From Chiloscyllium plagiosum (lineage: Eukaryota), in NCBI RefSeq assembly GCF_004010195.1, contig NC_057753.1, positions 6,940,273 through 7,004,272 of the forward strand: a stretch of 64,000 bases of DNA, given 5' to 3'. The notes beneath the pieces were generated by a model, which was not told the DNA's origin, ran no database searches, and saw only the letters and a list, made by a program, of their open reading frames with translations. How positions within the stretch are numbered: position 1 is the stretch's first letter; the number at the start of each line of letters is the position of its first letter. A program made the position numbers and the translations under genes. Shown in pieces: positions 36,265 to 48,430 of this stretch.

Positions 36265-39200
36265 AAATGTCGTAAGGCCAGTAGCAAATTCAATAGTTCT
36301 TTTTCGATCGAGGAGTATTTCCGCTTCTGACGATAGACCTCTTGGAAAAGTGACCGACTGACAGTTCAACCTATTCTCATCTTCCATTAGGATTACAGCT
36401 CCAACTCCTATGTCACGAACATCGATGATGACTTTAAAAGGTCTTGAGAGGGTTGATGTGGCTAGAAGTGGTTAATATGGCTTTCAAATGGTCGAATGCC
36501 TCCTGGAATTATTTATCCAGCGAAACTTTGTGTTCTTCCTCTGCAAATCAATTAACAGTGTCAATACACTGCTGACGTTTGGAACAAAGTTCTGATAAAA
36601 TCTGCAGAGTCCTAAGAATTGAAGCAACTCTTTCTTCGAGGTTGGTCGGGAAAATTCCTTGATGACGTTCGCCTTTGCGTTCTGTATGGTCAACCCTCCA
36701 AGACCGATGTTCAGATCCAAGAACGTCACCTCTGCTTTCACAAGTTCAGTTTTATTTAAATTTATCACCAGTTTTTCTTCTCGTTGTCGTTCAAAGAACT
36801 TTGCCAACTGTACCATGTCATCTTTCCAGGACTTACCAAAGATCACTACATCATCCCAAAAGACAGAACAATTTTGTTAACAAAGCCACAACTCTGTTCA
36901 TGAGTCTTTGGAATGTGGCGGATGCATTCTTCATTCCAAAGGACATCACTTTAAATTGATACAGCACATTTGAGTTTACAAACTCAGAAATTTCCTTCAC
37001 TGTCCCTGATAAAGATACCTGTCATTATCCACGCATTAAGTCCAACTTGGTGATGTAGCTGACTTGTCCGACCTCCTCGATACAGTGCTCCAATCTCGGA
37101 ATTGGCTATGAGTCACATTTTGTGACACGGCTGAGCTTCACTCAGAATTGTTAAGTCCTGTCCTGTTCGGGAACGAAGACAATCGGCGAACTCCACTCGC
37201 TCTGTCTTGGTTCAATGATGTCCTCGTCGAACATGGACTTCTCCTTCTGCACCTGTCTGGCTTTGAAAGGACTGAGCAATTTGTGGTATTGTTTTATCGG
37301 AGCAGTATTCCTTATGTCTACTTAATGAATAATAGAATTAGTCCTCCCCATTTGATTCTTACATATGTCCTTGTACTGCTGTAACAAGTCTTTCAAGTGG
37401 AACCATGCTCCTGAGGCAGATAGCGTACTAAACTACCTCACTCCTCTATTTTGAGGCACATCAAAATCCAAATCATCTGTTTTTGATTCCGCATTGTTCG
37501 GGGTAGTAGCTAACACCTGTTTCTCCAGTACTTTCTCTCTAGAATCATACGGTTTCAACATGTTCACATGGCATACCTGATAACATTGTTTTCCTATCTG
37601 TTATCTTCACTCGTTAGTTCACCTGACACAACGTTTTCTCAATTTGATAGCAACCACTAAAGTATGAAGGTATCTCCTATCAATGGCAACAGGACAAACA
37701 CGTCATCCCCTGGGAAAACGTCCGAATCTCAGAGTCTTTATCTACCACCTGCTTCATTCTACACTTTAGTCGCTGATGAGCGAATTCACCTACTCGATTG
37801 TATCTTTCCCTCATCTCCGATATGTAATCTAAGTGTGAATTTACCGACTCTGGCCCTTTGAATTTTTCTTTAGTTGATTTCAAAGGGCCTGTACCTCATG
37901 TCTGAATATTAACTTGAAGGGATTGAACTGAGTCGATTCGTTTGGGGTATCTGTAACATCAAACAGTACGAATGAGATATCTTTACCCTAATCATTCGAG
38001 TAATGTTGACAGTATGTTCTTAACCCGGTCAAGGTCTAATGCCACTTCTCTAAAGTTCCCTGGGATTTAGGATGATTCGCATTGGATTTTAAGAGCTGAA
38101 TAATGTAAGCTATCCATTAAGTTCTTAAACAGCCTTGCAGTAAAATTTCACCCTTGGTCCAAGTTAATCTCTCTGGGTAGCCCATTCCTCTTTCACTTTT
38201 ATTGCCTTGGTAATCTATAATGGAGTTTCCACCTGTAATCTAGTAGACTCATCCATTGTGGTTAGCAAGTACTGGCCACCACTTTTAGTTCTCAGGAGGG
38301 GACTTACACAATCAATTATAAACTGCGTGAAGGGTTCTCCAAATTCGGGGATTGGTAACAAAGATGCCTGTGCCTTATCTACAATTTGGCAAGTAAGACA
38401 CAGCTCTTAAAATCCAACACAGCAAATGTTAAAAACATTCTTGTGAAATCCAGCCCAACAAAATTGTTTTTGTACCTTAGTCTGAGTCTTTCATATCATT
38501 TTGTATCCTTTGGTGACCTCCTACATGTAGTTTATGTGCTACCCGTAACACCTCCTATCTGCTACCGGCAATAGAATCAAGTGAACGTTGGCCCATTTCT
38601 CCTCTGCACTAAACTGCCGTGGTCTCCATTTTCATCTATCTTTCAGATAATATTTCTCCTGATTATCCTCGACCTCATTTTCAGTGTAAGCATCCAATAT
38701 GCATCTTTTATCGTCTTTTCTTGCTATTGCAAGTCATTGAGCCTTTCAGGACTCAACACTGGCTGACTGTCTGCTTATTAAGGTTTTTCCTGCACAATTA
38801 CGTCAAACAGGGTGTCCATTAACTGAGGGGCGGGAGCAGCGAGAGGCGGGAGCCGGAAGGAGGTGACGTTGGTGCGAGGTGGTTGTCGGGAAGGCCGGTA
38901 AGTATATTTAAACTTCTTACCTTCAGGCCAGCGAGGGAGGAGCAAGCAAAGGACTTCTGGGAAGGGTAAGTAGAACAGTTTATATTTGCATGGTTGCGTT
39001 ACCCGCGACACTACGCGGATAGTGTCTCCCACCCAACCTCCTCATCTAAACTAAAAAAAAATGTTTGGGAACCAGATTGATAAGGTAAGGTAACTAGTTT
39101 ATTTCCTAATTTTTTTTTAGTAGTCACTTAGGGAGTTAGAATAGTCGAAATGGAGTTTCAGGCAGTAGAATGTTCCTCCTGCAGAATGTGGGAAGTAAGG

Positions 39201-42200
39201 GTCACCACTAGTGCCCCTGCTGACTATATCTGTGGGAAGTGCACCCAACCGCGTTAGGAACTAGAGCTGGAGTTGGATGAACTTCGGATCATTCGGGACG
39301 CAGAGGGGGTTATTGGCAGGACTTACAGAGAGGTAGTCACTCCCCAGATAAAAGAAAAAGACAGATGGCTGACAGTTAGGGGACAGAAAGTGAACCGGCA
39401 GGCAGTTCAGGGATCCTCTGTGGTCATTCCCCTCAACAATAAACATACCGTTTTGAATACTGTTGGGAGGGGGGGGGGGATGACTTAACAGGGGAAAGCA
39501 GTGGGGCACCTGCTGCTCAGAAATGAAGAGGGAAGAGGAGCAGAGCAGTAGTCATTGGGGACTCGATAGTTGGGCGACAGATAGGAGGTTCTGTGGGGAG
39601 GAGAAAGACTCACGGTTGGTGTGTTGCCTCCAGGGTGCCAGGGTCCGTGATGCCTCTGATCGTGTTTTTGGGATCCTTCGGGAGGGCGGGGGAGGGGGAG
39701 AGCAGCCCCAAGTCGTGATCCACATTGGCACCAATGACATAGGTCGGAAGATAGATGGTGTCTTGAGGCAGAAATTCAGGGAGCTATGATGGAACCTTAG
39801 AGCTAGGACAAACAGTTGTTTTCTCTGGTTTGCTGCCCGTGCCACGTGCTAGTGAGGTGAGGAATAGGGAGAGAAGGGAGTTGAACACGTGGCTACAGGG
39901 ATGGTGCTGGAGGGAGGGTTTCTGGTTTTTTGAAATCTGGAGCTATTTCTGGGGTAGGTGGGACCTCTACAAGGAGGATGGTCATAATCAAAACCAGAGG
40001 GATACCAATATCCTGGGTGGGAAATTCGCTGAAGCTATTAAGGTGGATTTAAACTAATACAGCAGGGGGATGGGAACCAAAATTGAAGGACAGGTACAGA
40101 AAAGGATGAGATAGGGAGTTCCCAAATCAAGTATCTGAAACTGGCAAGCGAGAACCTGGTTTGAAGTGTGTGTACTTCAACGCGAGGCGCATCTGGAAAA
40201 AAGTAGGTGAACTGGCAGCGTGGGTTGGTACCTGAGACATCGATGTTGTAGCCATTACGGAGACCTGGATAGAGCAGGGGCAGGGATGGCTGTTGCAGTT
40301 TCCGGGATTCAGATGTTTCAGTAAGAACAGAGAAGATGGCAAAAGAGGGGGAGGTGTGGCATTGTTGATCAGGGACAATATTACAGTTGTAGAAAGGATC
40401 TTTGGGGACTCATTAACTGAGGTAGTATGGGCTGAGGTTAGAAACAGGAAAGGAGAAGTCACCATGCTGGGAGTTTTCTATAGGCCTCCGAATAGCCCCA
40501 GAGATGTAGAGGAAAGCATAGCAAAGATGATTCTCGATAGGAGTGAGAGAGGCAGGGTAGTTGTCATGGGGGACTTCAACTATCCAAATATTGACTGGGA
40601 TCACGACAGTACGAGTACTATAGATGGGTTAGTTTTTGTCCAGTCTGTGCAGGAGGGCTTCCTGACACAATATGTAGACAGGCCTACAAGGGGAGAAGCC
40701 ACTGTAGATTTAGTACTGGGCAACGAACCTGGCCAGGTGTTAGATTTGGAAGTAGGTGAGCACTTTGGTGAGAGCGATTACAATTCTTTTATATTTACTT
40801 TAGTGATGGAAAGGGGTAGGTGTACTCCAGCGTAAAGAGTTACAACTGGGGGAAGGGAAATTACGATGCAATTAGGAAAGATTTAGGAAGTGTAGAATGG
40901 GAAAGGAAACTACAGGGGATGAGCGCATTAAAAATGTGGAGCTTATTCAAGGAAAAGCTCGTGTGTCCTAGATAATTATGTACCTGTCAGGCAGGGAGGA
41001 AGACATAGAACGCGTGAGCGTGGTTTGCTAAGGAAGTGGAATCCCTGGTCAAGGAGAAGAAGGCGGCTTATGTTAGGACAAAATGTGAAAACTCAGTTAG
41101 GGCGCATGATGGTTAAAAGGAAGTCAGGAAAGACCTAAAAAGAGAGCTCAGAAGAGCCAGGAGGAGACATGAGAAGTTGTTGGCGGATAGGATCACGGTT
41201 AACTCTAAGGCTTTCCATGGATATGTCAGGAATAAATGAATGACGAGTTAAATTAGGGTCAATCAAGGATAATAGTGGGAAGTTGTGTGTGGAGTCAAAG
41301 GAGATAGGGGAAGCACTAAATAAATATTTTTCGGCAGTGTTCACTATAGAAAATGAAAATGTTGGCGAGGAAGATACAGAGATACTTGCATCTAGACCAG
41401 AAGAGATTGAGGTTCACAAGGAAGAAATATTAGAAATACTGCAGAGTGTGAAAATAGACAAGTCCCTTGGGCCGGATGGGATCTAAACTAGGATCCTCTG
41501 GGATGCAAGGAAAGAGATTGCCGAGCCTTTGGCATTGACCTGCAAATCATCATTGTCTACAAGAATAGTGCCTGAGTACGGGAGGATAGCAAATGTGGTT
41601 CCCTTGTTCAAAAAGGGTGGGAAAGACAACCCTGGTAATTACAGACCAGTGAGTCTCACTTCAGTTGTTGGTAAAGTGTTGGGAAAGGTTATAAGAGGTA
41701 GAATTCATAACCATCTCGAAAAGAATAATCTGATCAGGACAGTCAGCACGGTTTTGTGAAGGGTATGTCGTGCCTAACGAATCTTATTGAGTTTTTTGAC
41801 AAAGTGACCAAACAGGTAGATGAGAGTAAACCGGTTGATGTGTTGTATATATGGATTTCAGCAAGGCGTTCGCTAAGGTTCCCCACAGTAGGCGATTATA
41901 CAAAATGCAGAGGAATGGGATTGTGGGAGACATAGCAGTTTTGATCGGTAATTGGCTTGCTGAAAGAAAACAGAGGGTGGTGGTTGATGGAACATGTTCA
42001 TCTTGGTGTCCACTTACTAGCGGCGTACTGCAAGGTCGGTGTTGGGTCCACTGCTGTTCGTCATTTTTATAAATGACTTGGATGAGGGCTTAGGAGGGTG
42101 GGTTAGTAAATTTGCGGACGACACTAAGGTCGGTGGAGTTGTGGATAGTGATGAAGGATGTAGTAGGTTGTAGAGAGACATAGATAGGATGCAGATCTGG

Positions 42201-45200
42201 GCTGCGAGGTGGCAAATGATATTTAATTGGACAAGTGTGAAGTGATACACTTTGGACGGAGTAATCAGAATGCAAAGTACTGGGCTAATGGTAGGATTCT
42301 TGGGAGTGCAGATGAGCAGAGACAACTCGGTGTCCAGGTACACAGATCCCTGAAAGTTGCCACCCAGATTGACAGGGTGGTTAGGAAGGCATGCAGTGTT
42401 TTAGCCTTTATTAATACAGGGTTTGAGTTCCAGAACGAGGAGGTTATGCTGCAGCTGTACAAAGCTCTGGTACGGCCACACTTGGAGTACTGTGTACAGT
42501 TCTGGTCACCGCATTATAAGGATGTGGACACTTTGGAAAGGGTACAGAGGAGATTTACTAGGATGTTGCCTGGTATGAAAGGAATGTCTTACGAGGAAAG
42601 GCTGAGGGCCTTGAGGCTGTTCTCGTTAGAGAGAAGAAGGCTGTTCTCGTTAGAGAGAAGAAGGTTGTGAGGTTAATTAATAGAGACATACAAGATAATC
42701 AGAGGGTGAGATAGGGTGGACAGGGAGAGCTTTTTTCCAAGTATGGGGACGGCAAACACGTGGGGACACAACTTTAAAGTGAGGGGAGATAGGTATAAGA
42801 AAGATGTCAGAGGTAGTTTGTTTACTCAGAGTAGTAAAGGTATGGAATACTTTGCCTGCAACGGTAGTAGATTCGCCAAGTTTATGTGCATTTAAGTCGT
42901 CATTGGACAGACATATGGACATACATGGAATAGTGGAAGTGGGATGGACTTCAGATTAGTACGACAGGGCAGCGCAACATCGAGGGCCGAAGGGCCAGCA
43001 CTGCGCTGTAATGTTCTATGTTCTAATCTCAACTCCCTCATCTTTCTCTTTACTTTTCACTTCGTGGTGACTTATTTTAGTGGGATCTGCTTACCACACT
43101 GTCTGGGAAAGTACTAGGATATTGCTGTTTTTAATCACTCGGTTTCTTCTTCTTCCTTGGGCTTTTCCACAACAAGCAGTGTCACTCTCACGTTGGATCC
43201 TGCCAAATCATTCCCAAGAATGAAATTAATTCCGGGAAATAGCACTCTGTCAATCACTCCTGCTGTAACTTCCACAGACCTAAGTTGGCACTCCTACCTG
43301 GTCTTTTATAGGGGAACTTAAACATCTGTCCATCTATCCCACAAACTTTCACATTCTAGCGTAACAGATCATAAACGGTGTATATTCGGTCATCTCTTAC
43401 TATCACCAACTCGTTAGATCCTGCATCACTCAAAATTATAACTTCTTGCCCTTCTCCCACTGTCCGTTCTGAGTAAATTTAATCCACATGTGAATTCTTT
43501 GTAGAAATCAGGTACTATCTTCATTTGCAGCCCCTGCCTATGCTGTCCTCTCTCCTGCAGATGCTCGATTCTTTTTGGTCTCTGCTTTATTACCTTCATT
43601 CGTGCCACTGGCTTAGCTTCCTTTACCACATCCTATCCCACAGCACCTTTCATTAACAACCAGCACTGAAACTTCGTGTGTCCCACTTTACCATACTGGC
43701 AACATTTGAGGCCTTCCATTTCATTTGCACCCTCTTGAGCTTCTTTTTAATCCTGTGGTAATTTTTTTAGCAGTGCTCTCTACTCTTGGTTTTATAGTAT
43801 AGGATCATCCCTTTTCCCAACTTCTACCACTCACAGGTTAAAATTTTGGCTGGAAGCTTGCCTGAAGCACCAACATGTATTCAACTGCTAATTCTGCTTC
43901 CCTTCTCACTTCATGAACTTTTTGTTCCTTCACGTGAATTCTTACCATCTGTGGAAGTGAGTTTTTATTTTTTTCCATCAGAATAATCTCTCTTAGAGCC
44001 TCATAGGTCTTAGTTATTTTTAAAGCACGCACCTATCTATCAAAATGACTATGTTTAATTCTTTCGAAATCACCGTAAGTTTGACCTGGCTCTTTATTTG
44101 TGTCTCTGAACCGCTGTCTTAATGCTACTGGTACTAAATCATAAGTACTTACATTACTCTTTCAGTTTGTCCTAATTTCTTAATCCCTAATCTGACAGCG
44201 GGGTAAATACCTCACAAGCTCTGACAAACAGTTTAGCCTGAATTAGCATTACCCATTAATACTCGAACAACTCCATTTTCCCAGCCAATTTTTCAAATGA
44301 AATAAAGAAGACTTCAACATTTTTCTCATCAAAACGTGGCAGACCTTTGGCAAATTTCTATATCTCGACCTTCTCTTTTCATCTCTGTTCTGTTGACTTT
44401 GCTGAATAATTAGCAACATCTCAAGTTCAAATTATATATTTTGCTGAGCAAAGAGCCTTCTCTCTCTTTCTTTCTCCTCTCCCTCTCTTTCTCTTTCCCT
44501 TTCTTCTCTCTCTTTGCTCAGCAAATTACATTCTCTTTCTATTTCGCTTTCTCTCTCCCTTTATATATCTTCTAACTCCATTTTCCTCAATGGTAATTTA
44601 ATTTTTTCTACCTCTATCGCACTTGTTGGTATCTCTGACAGTCCTAAGAGTTTGAGTAACTCCCTTACAATTTCAGTTTTGCTTTTGTCCTTGGTTAAAC
44701 CCAAATCTACCTTTATTTGCTAATTCTAAACGTATGATAGTTTTTCTTTCGTTTTAAACTTTCTTGGCAAATCTGCGAATCAGGTGTAAATCTTAAAACG
44801 TCTTTAGGAACTTGAAGAGCCATTTTTCTCTCTTTTAATTGAATCAACTGCAAGTCACCGAAATTAAACAAATTACCTCATCTACGCTGTCTTTAAAGAT
44901 TTAGGTCAGTAACCTGCAACTTTTTACATCTGCTGATACTATTCGTTCACCCAAATCCATTCAAAGTTGTCCAAACCAGTTCAAATTCCGGAAGGGGCCC
45001 CCGAACTGTTACGACACGGGATAAGCCCTCGTGCTTAATTCAAACCAGAAACAGAAGATTTATCCCGTGCAGTAATCTGTGAAAATTTGAGAGGCCAAGA
45101 GCTACTTCAAGTTCAATAAACAACTTTATTTCTTGAAGTGTAACATAAGTTAATTATTTAACAATTATTTACATCTCCTTCCTCTAAGCTATCTTTTACT

Positions 45201-45712
45201 TTCCTATCTATAATACGAGTCCAATAAAACACCCCGATTAAGATTTACTGAAAAAAAATAACATTTCAAACCAAGCCAGTGTTCGAACCTTATCCTGTAT
45301 TTTCCTCAGTAGACTTGCTCTCCAAGTTGGTGTTGATGTTTTTCTCTGTGCCACCTCCTTCTCGAGACAGGCACCTCTCAGAGAATTCTGAGCCTACATC
45401 TGTTGGCCTTTTGGCAGTTCTCCTCCAACTGTTCAATATTCCCCGGTTTTATACCCCAAAACATAGCATTGTTTCATTGGTTTTAATATTGTCAATATAG
45501 TAACTTCACACTTGTTTGGAGGATGGTATTTTGGGGAATAATTTGAACTGATTAGTCGAATTCACATTTTTATTTTTGTTTCCAGGCAAACAGCTACCCT
45601 AGCCGCTGGGCCACATGTTACTTTGTATCTTATTCAGAACGTTGTTGCTCTTAGGTAATTCTTCTAACATTTAATTGTCTTAAAGATGCAGTACACCCAC
45701 ATCATCATAACA
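36265..45712 (-). mobile_element. Gmr1-like Gypsy LTR retrotransposon (5' LTR 45712-45007, PBS, gag, protease, integrase, RT, RNase H), split by a CR1
   Basis: 706-bp LTR TGTTATG..GTAACA then GTTCGGGGGCCCCTTCCGGAAT (Pro-like PBS); gag YEALREIILME..SLPQMVRIHVKEQKV..AAEL and C-x2-C-GKVGH knuckle; integrase EPFTQFIIDCV, GLPREINLDQG, HPKSQG (38400-37500) lies before RT (KLDLMRG, FKVMSFGMKNASATFQR, VINLNK) and RNase H. Confidence 0.88.
38827..43024 (+). mobile_element. Near full-length CR1 LINE (5' UTR, ORF1 zinc finger and esterase, ORF2 endonuclease and RT, 3' tail), inactivated
   Basis: ORF1 CSSCRMWE..CGKC, GDS..DRRFCG, VIHIGTND; EN GGGVAL, FYRPPN, VMGDFNYP, DLVL; RT PGNYRPVSLTS, MDFSKAF, FADDTK; tail (ATGTTCT)n; 24-bp in-frame duplication 42614-42661. 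The Gypsy sequence reads through if it is removed. Confidence 0.95.
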
Positions 45713-46530
45713 CTTGGTCACAGATAACGGGCTATTTTTTAGCGGCAGGGAGTTTGAAAATGTCTTAAAATCGACTGGCATTCCACATATAAGGATAGCC
45801 CCATACCATAAATCCTTCATTGATCTGATGGAAAGAGCAATTAAAGTTTGAAGGCAGACCTAAGAAACAATCGATAGCTTCGCTATGTGCACGGCTCCTA
45901 TTTGATTAACTGCAGGGGTAGCTTGAACACAGCTGCTCATACGAGGGACACTCCAGGAAACGTTTGGTCGTGTTGGTGCTAAAATGGCGTCAGGATCACA
46001 AATACTGAGCACAGGTCTCTGCTAAGCGAGGGAGACCGATTACTCAGGGGATGAAGATAGGGATAGGAATCATGGGAAAGGTGTTGCATGTACAAGAGGC
46101 ATGATGCAGTGACATATCATGTTCGATAGCTCAACTGCCCTGAACAAAAATCTGGACCTGATGGAAGGTGCAAAATTACAAACAATGCCGAATTAAAACA
46201 TTCATCTGTTCTTCAGTCTTCCGAACTGTTCTGGATGTCCTTGGTTCTCCACTTGCATGTTAAAACACCCTAGAAGTAGCAACAGAAATGAACAAATCTA
46301 CATCGTCAGACTCGAGGGATTGGGGGGATTTAATGGTTGGAATAAATTCAACCAGATGAACGTCATAGCATATGAGTCTGTTAATTGATTCCAATAAGGG
46401 AGCCCTGACTAACAGGTAAGAACAGGAATGTCAGGTAACTGGGCACTCTGACAGGCGGCCCTGAGAGAGAAGGAACAGTATTAAGGATTGTTCACAGAGA
46501 CATAAAGGGTCACTTAGTGACTGGATACAG
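45713..46530 (+). mobile_element. Fragment of a different Gypsy lineage: integrase core, PPT and LTR remnant
   Basis: LVTDNGLFFSGREFENVLKSTGIPHIRIAPYHKS..LMERAIK; purine tract GAGGGATTGGGGGGAT near 46314-46329 followed by LTR-like sequence. Confidence 0.65.
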
Positions 46531-46621
46531 ACCTCTCTTTCAGAAAGTCATTACAAACTCTCATTCTTCCCGTGGTTTTGTTAGCTTGCACGTTAGATCT
46601 GCCTGACACCATAGACTGCAG

Positions 46622-46844
46622 TTGAAAAGTGTGGTGCGGGAAAAGTACAGCAGGCAAGGCAGCACCCGAGGAACAGGAGAATCGACGTTTCGGGCATAAG
46701 TCCTTCTTTAGGAAGGTCTCCTGAAGAAGGGCTTATTCCCGAAACGTCGATTCTCCTGCTCCTCGGATGCTGCCTGGCCTGCTGCGTTTCTCCAGCACCA
46801 CATTTTTCAACTCTAGTCTCCAGCATCTGCAGTCCTCACTTTTT
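46622..46844. mobile_element. Palindromic Penelope-derived MITE with 14-bp target-site duplication
   Basis: About 90-bp inverted arms centred near 46715; ACCATAGACTGCAG at 46608-46621 and 46845-46858. Confidence 0.88.
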
Positions 46845-47112
46845 ACCATAGACTGCAGCAGATCAAGAACATGATCAAGCACCAACGCCCGAAGTTTAAT
46901 GGGGCACCCAGTGACAGCAACGTACTGGCAATGAATAAAGGGAACTCGCCAAAAGGAAAAAACATAAAGTTATAAAATGCCTTAATTACTGGTAAATTAT
47001 TGAGAAAATTTGTCGATGACAACTTGAAAGAAATGGAGTATAACCTTTTTAAACAAGAGAAGCATGCATTCTATTGACAGTGGAAAGTGACTCAATGAAG
47101 TGATTTTCTTTC

Positions 47113-48430
47113 AAAGTTAAAAATCACACAGCACCAGGTTATTGTATAACAGATTTAATTGGAAGTACTGGCTTTCGGAGTGCTGATCCTTCATCAGATG
47201 GTTTAAGAGTATGAGATTCTAAGACATAGAATTTATAGCAAAATTTACAGTGTATGTAACTGAAATTATATTTTGGAAAAGATGTGGATTGTTTGTTAAA
47301 TCTCCCATCTGTCAGAATGATCATGTTGGTTTAAATTCTTTCATATGTAAATTGCAAAACTGTTTAAAAGTTACATTCTCAAGTGAAATTTAACAATTGG
47401 TGTCATGTTGGCAGAGATAATGTATTGAAGGCGTGAGTTTCCCTGTGTGAGATTGTTTGTGCCACAATGGTCAGACTTATTCTAATCTAAAAATCACACA
47501 GGCTTACCGAATCTTAGATGGATTCATGCAGTTTTTGAGCAAAGTAAAATGTAATTCTGCAAGTACAGATTTACAACGCAAACGTATATGCGTATATGTG
47601 CATGTGGGTCTGTGTTTGGTGGGGAATGGGGCTTATGGGTGTCTGAGAGAAAGTATGTATGTGTTTGAGTGTAAAGGGGTATAGGTCTGTGCGAGGGTGC
47701 GTGTGAAAGTGTGGGAGTGTATGAGAGAAGGTTTGCTTGCGTGTGTGTGACTGTCGGAGTATGTGCATGTTTGTTTGTAGTGTGACATGAACCCAAGGTC
47801 CCAGTTGAGACCATCCTCATGGGTACTGAACTTGGCTGTCTGCCTCTGATCGACCACTTTTCATTGTTGCCTGTCCCAAAGTCTGCTTTGGAGGATGGTC
47901 CGTGGTCGAATGTCCTTGACTGCTGAAGTGTACTTTTAATGGTAAAGAACACTCCTGTCTGTTGATTGTTGTGCGGTTTCCATTCATCTGTTGCCATAGC
48001 CTCTGTTTGTTCTTGACAATGTACCATGCCTCAGGGCATCCTTGTCTGCAGCGTATGAGATAGACAACGTTGGCTGGGTTGCATGAATACCTGCCACGGA
48101 CATGGTGGGAGGTGTCCCCACGAGTAATGATGTACGTGTCGACAATTTGACACATCTTGCAGCGTCTACCATGACAGGGTTGCATGGTATTGTCTGAAAG
48201 CCAGGCAGTTTGCTACGAACAATGATCTGTTTGAGGTTTGGTGGGGGTTGTTTAAAGGCGAGAAGTGGAGTGTGGCTAAGGCCTTGGCGAGGTACTCATC
48301 CTCATTGAAAATGTGTTGCAGGCTGCGAAGAACATGACTTCCTTTTTTTTGGATCCTGGGAAGTACTGGACCGTGAAGGGCATCCTGTTGGTTGCTGCCC
48401 GTGTCTGTCTCCTGAGGAGGTCATTCCAGC
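47113..48430 (-). mobile_element. Penelope-like element 3' portion (GIY-YIG, CA-rich tract, terminus)
   Basis: QPCHGRRCKMC..YSCNPANVVYLIRCRQGCPEAWYI; same terminal sequence as 25440-25899 in reverse. Confidence 0.9.
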
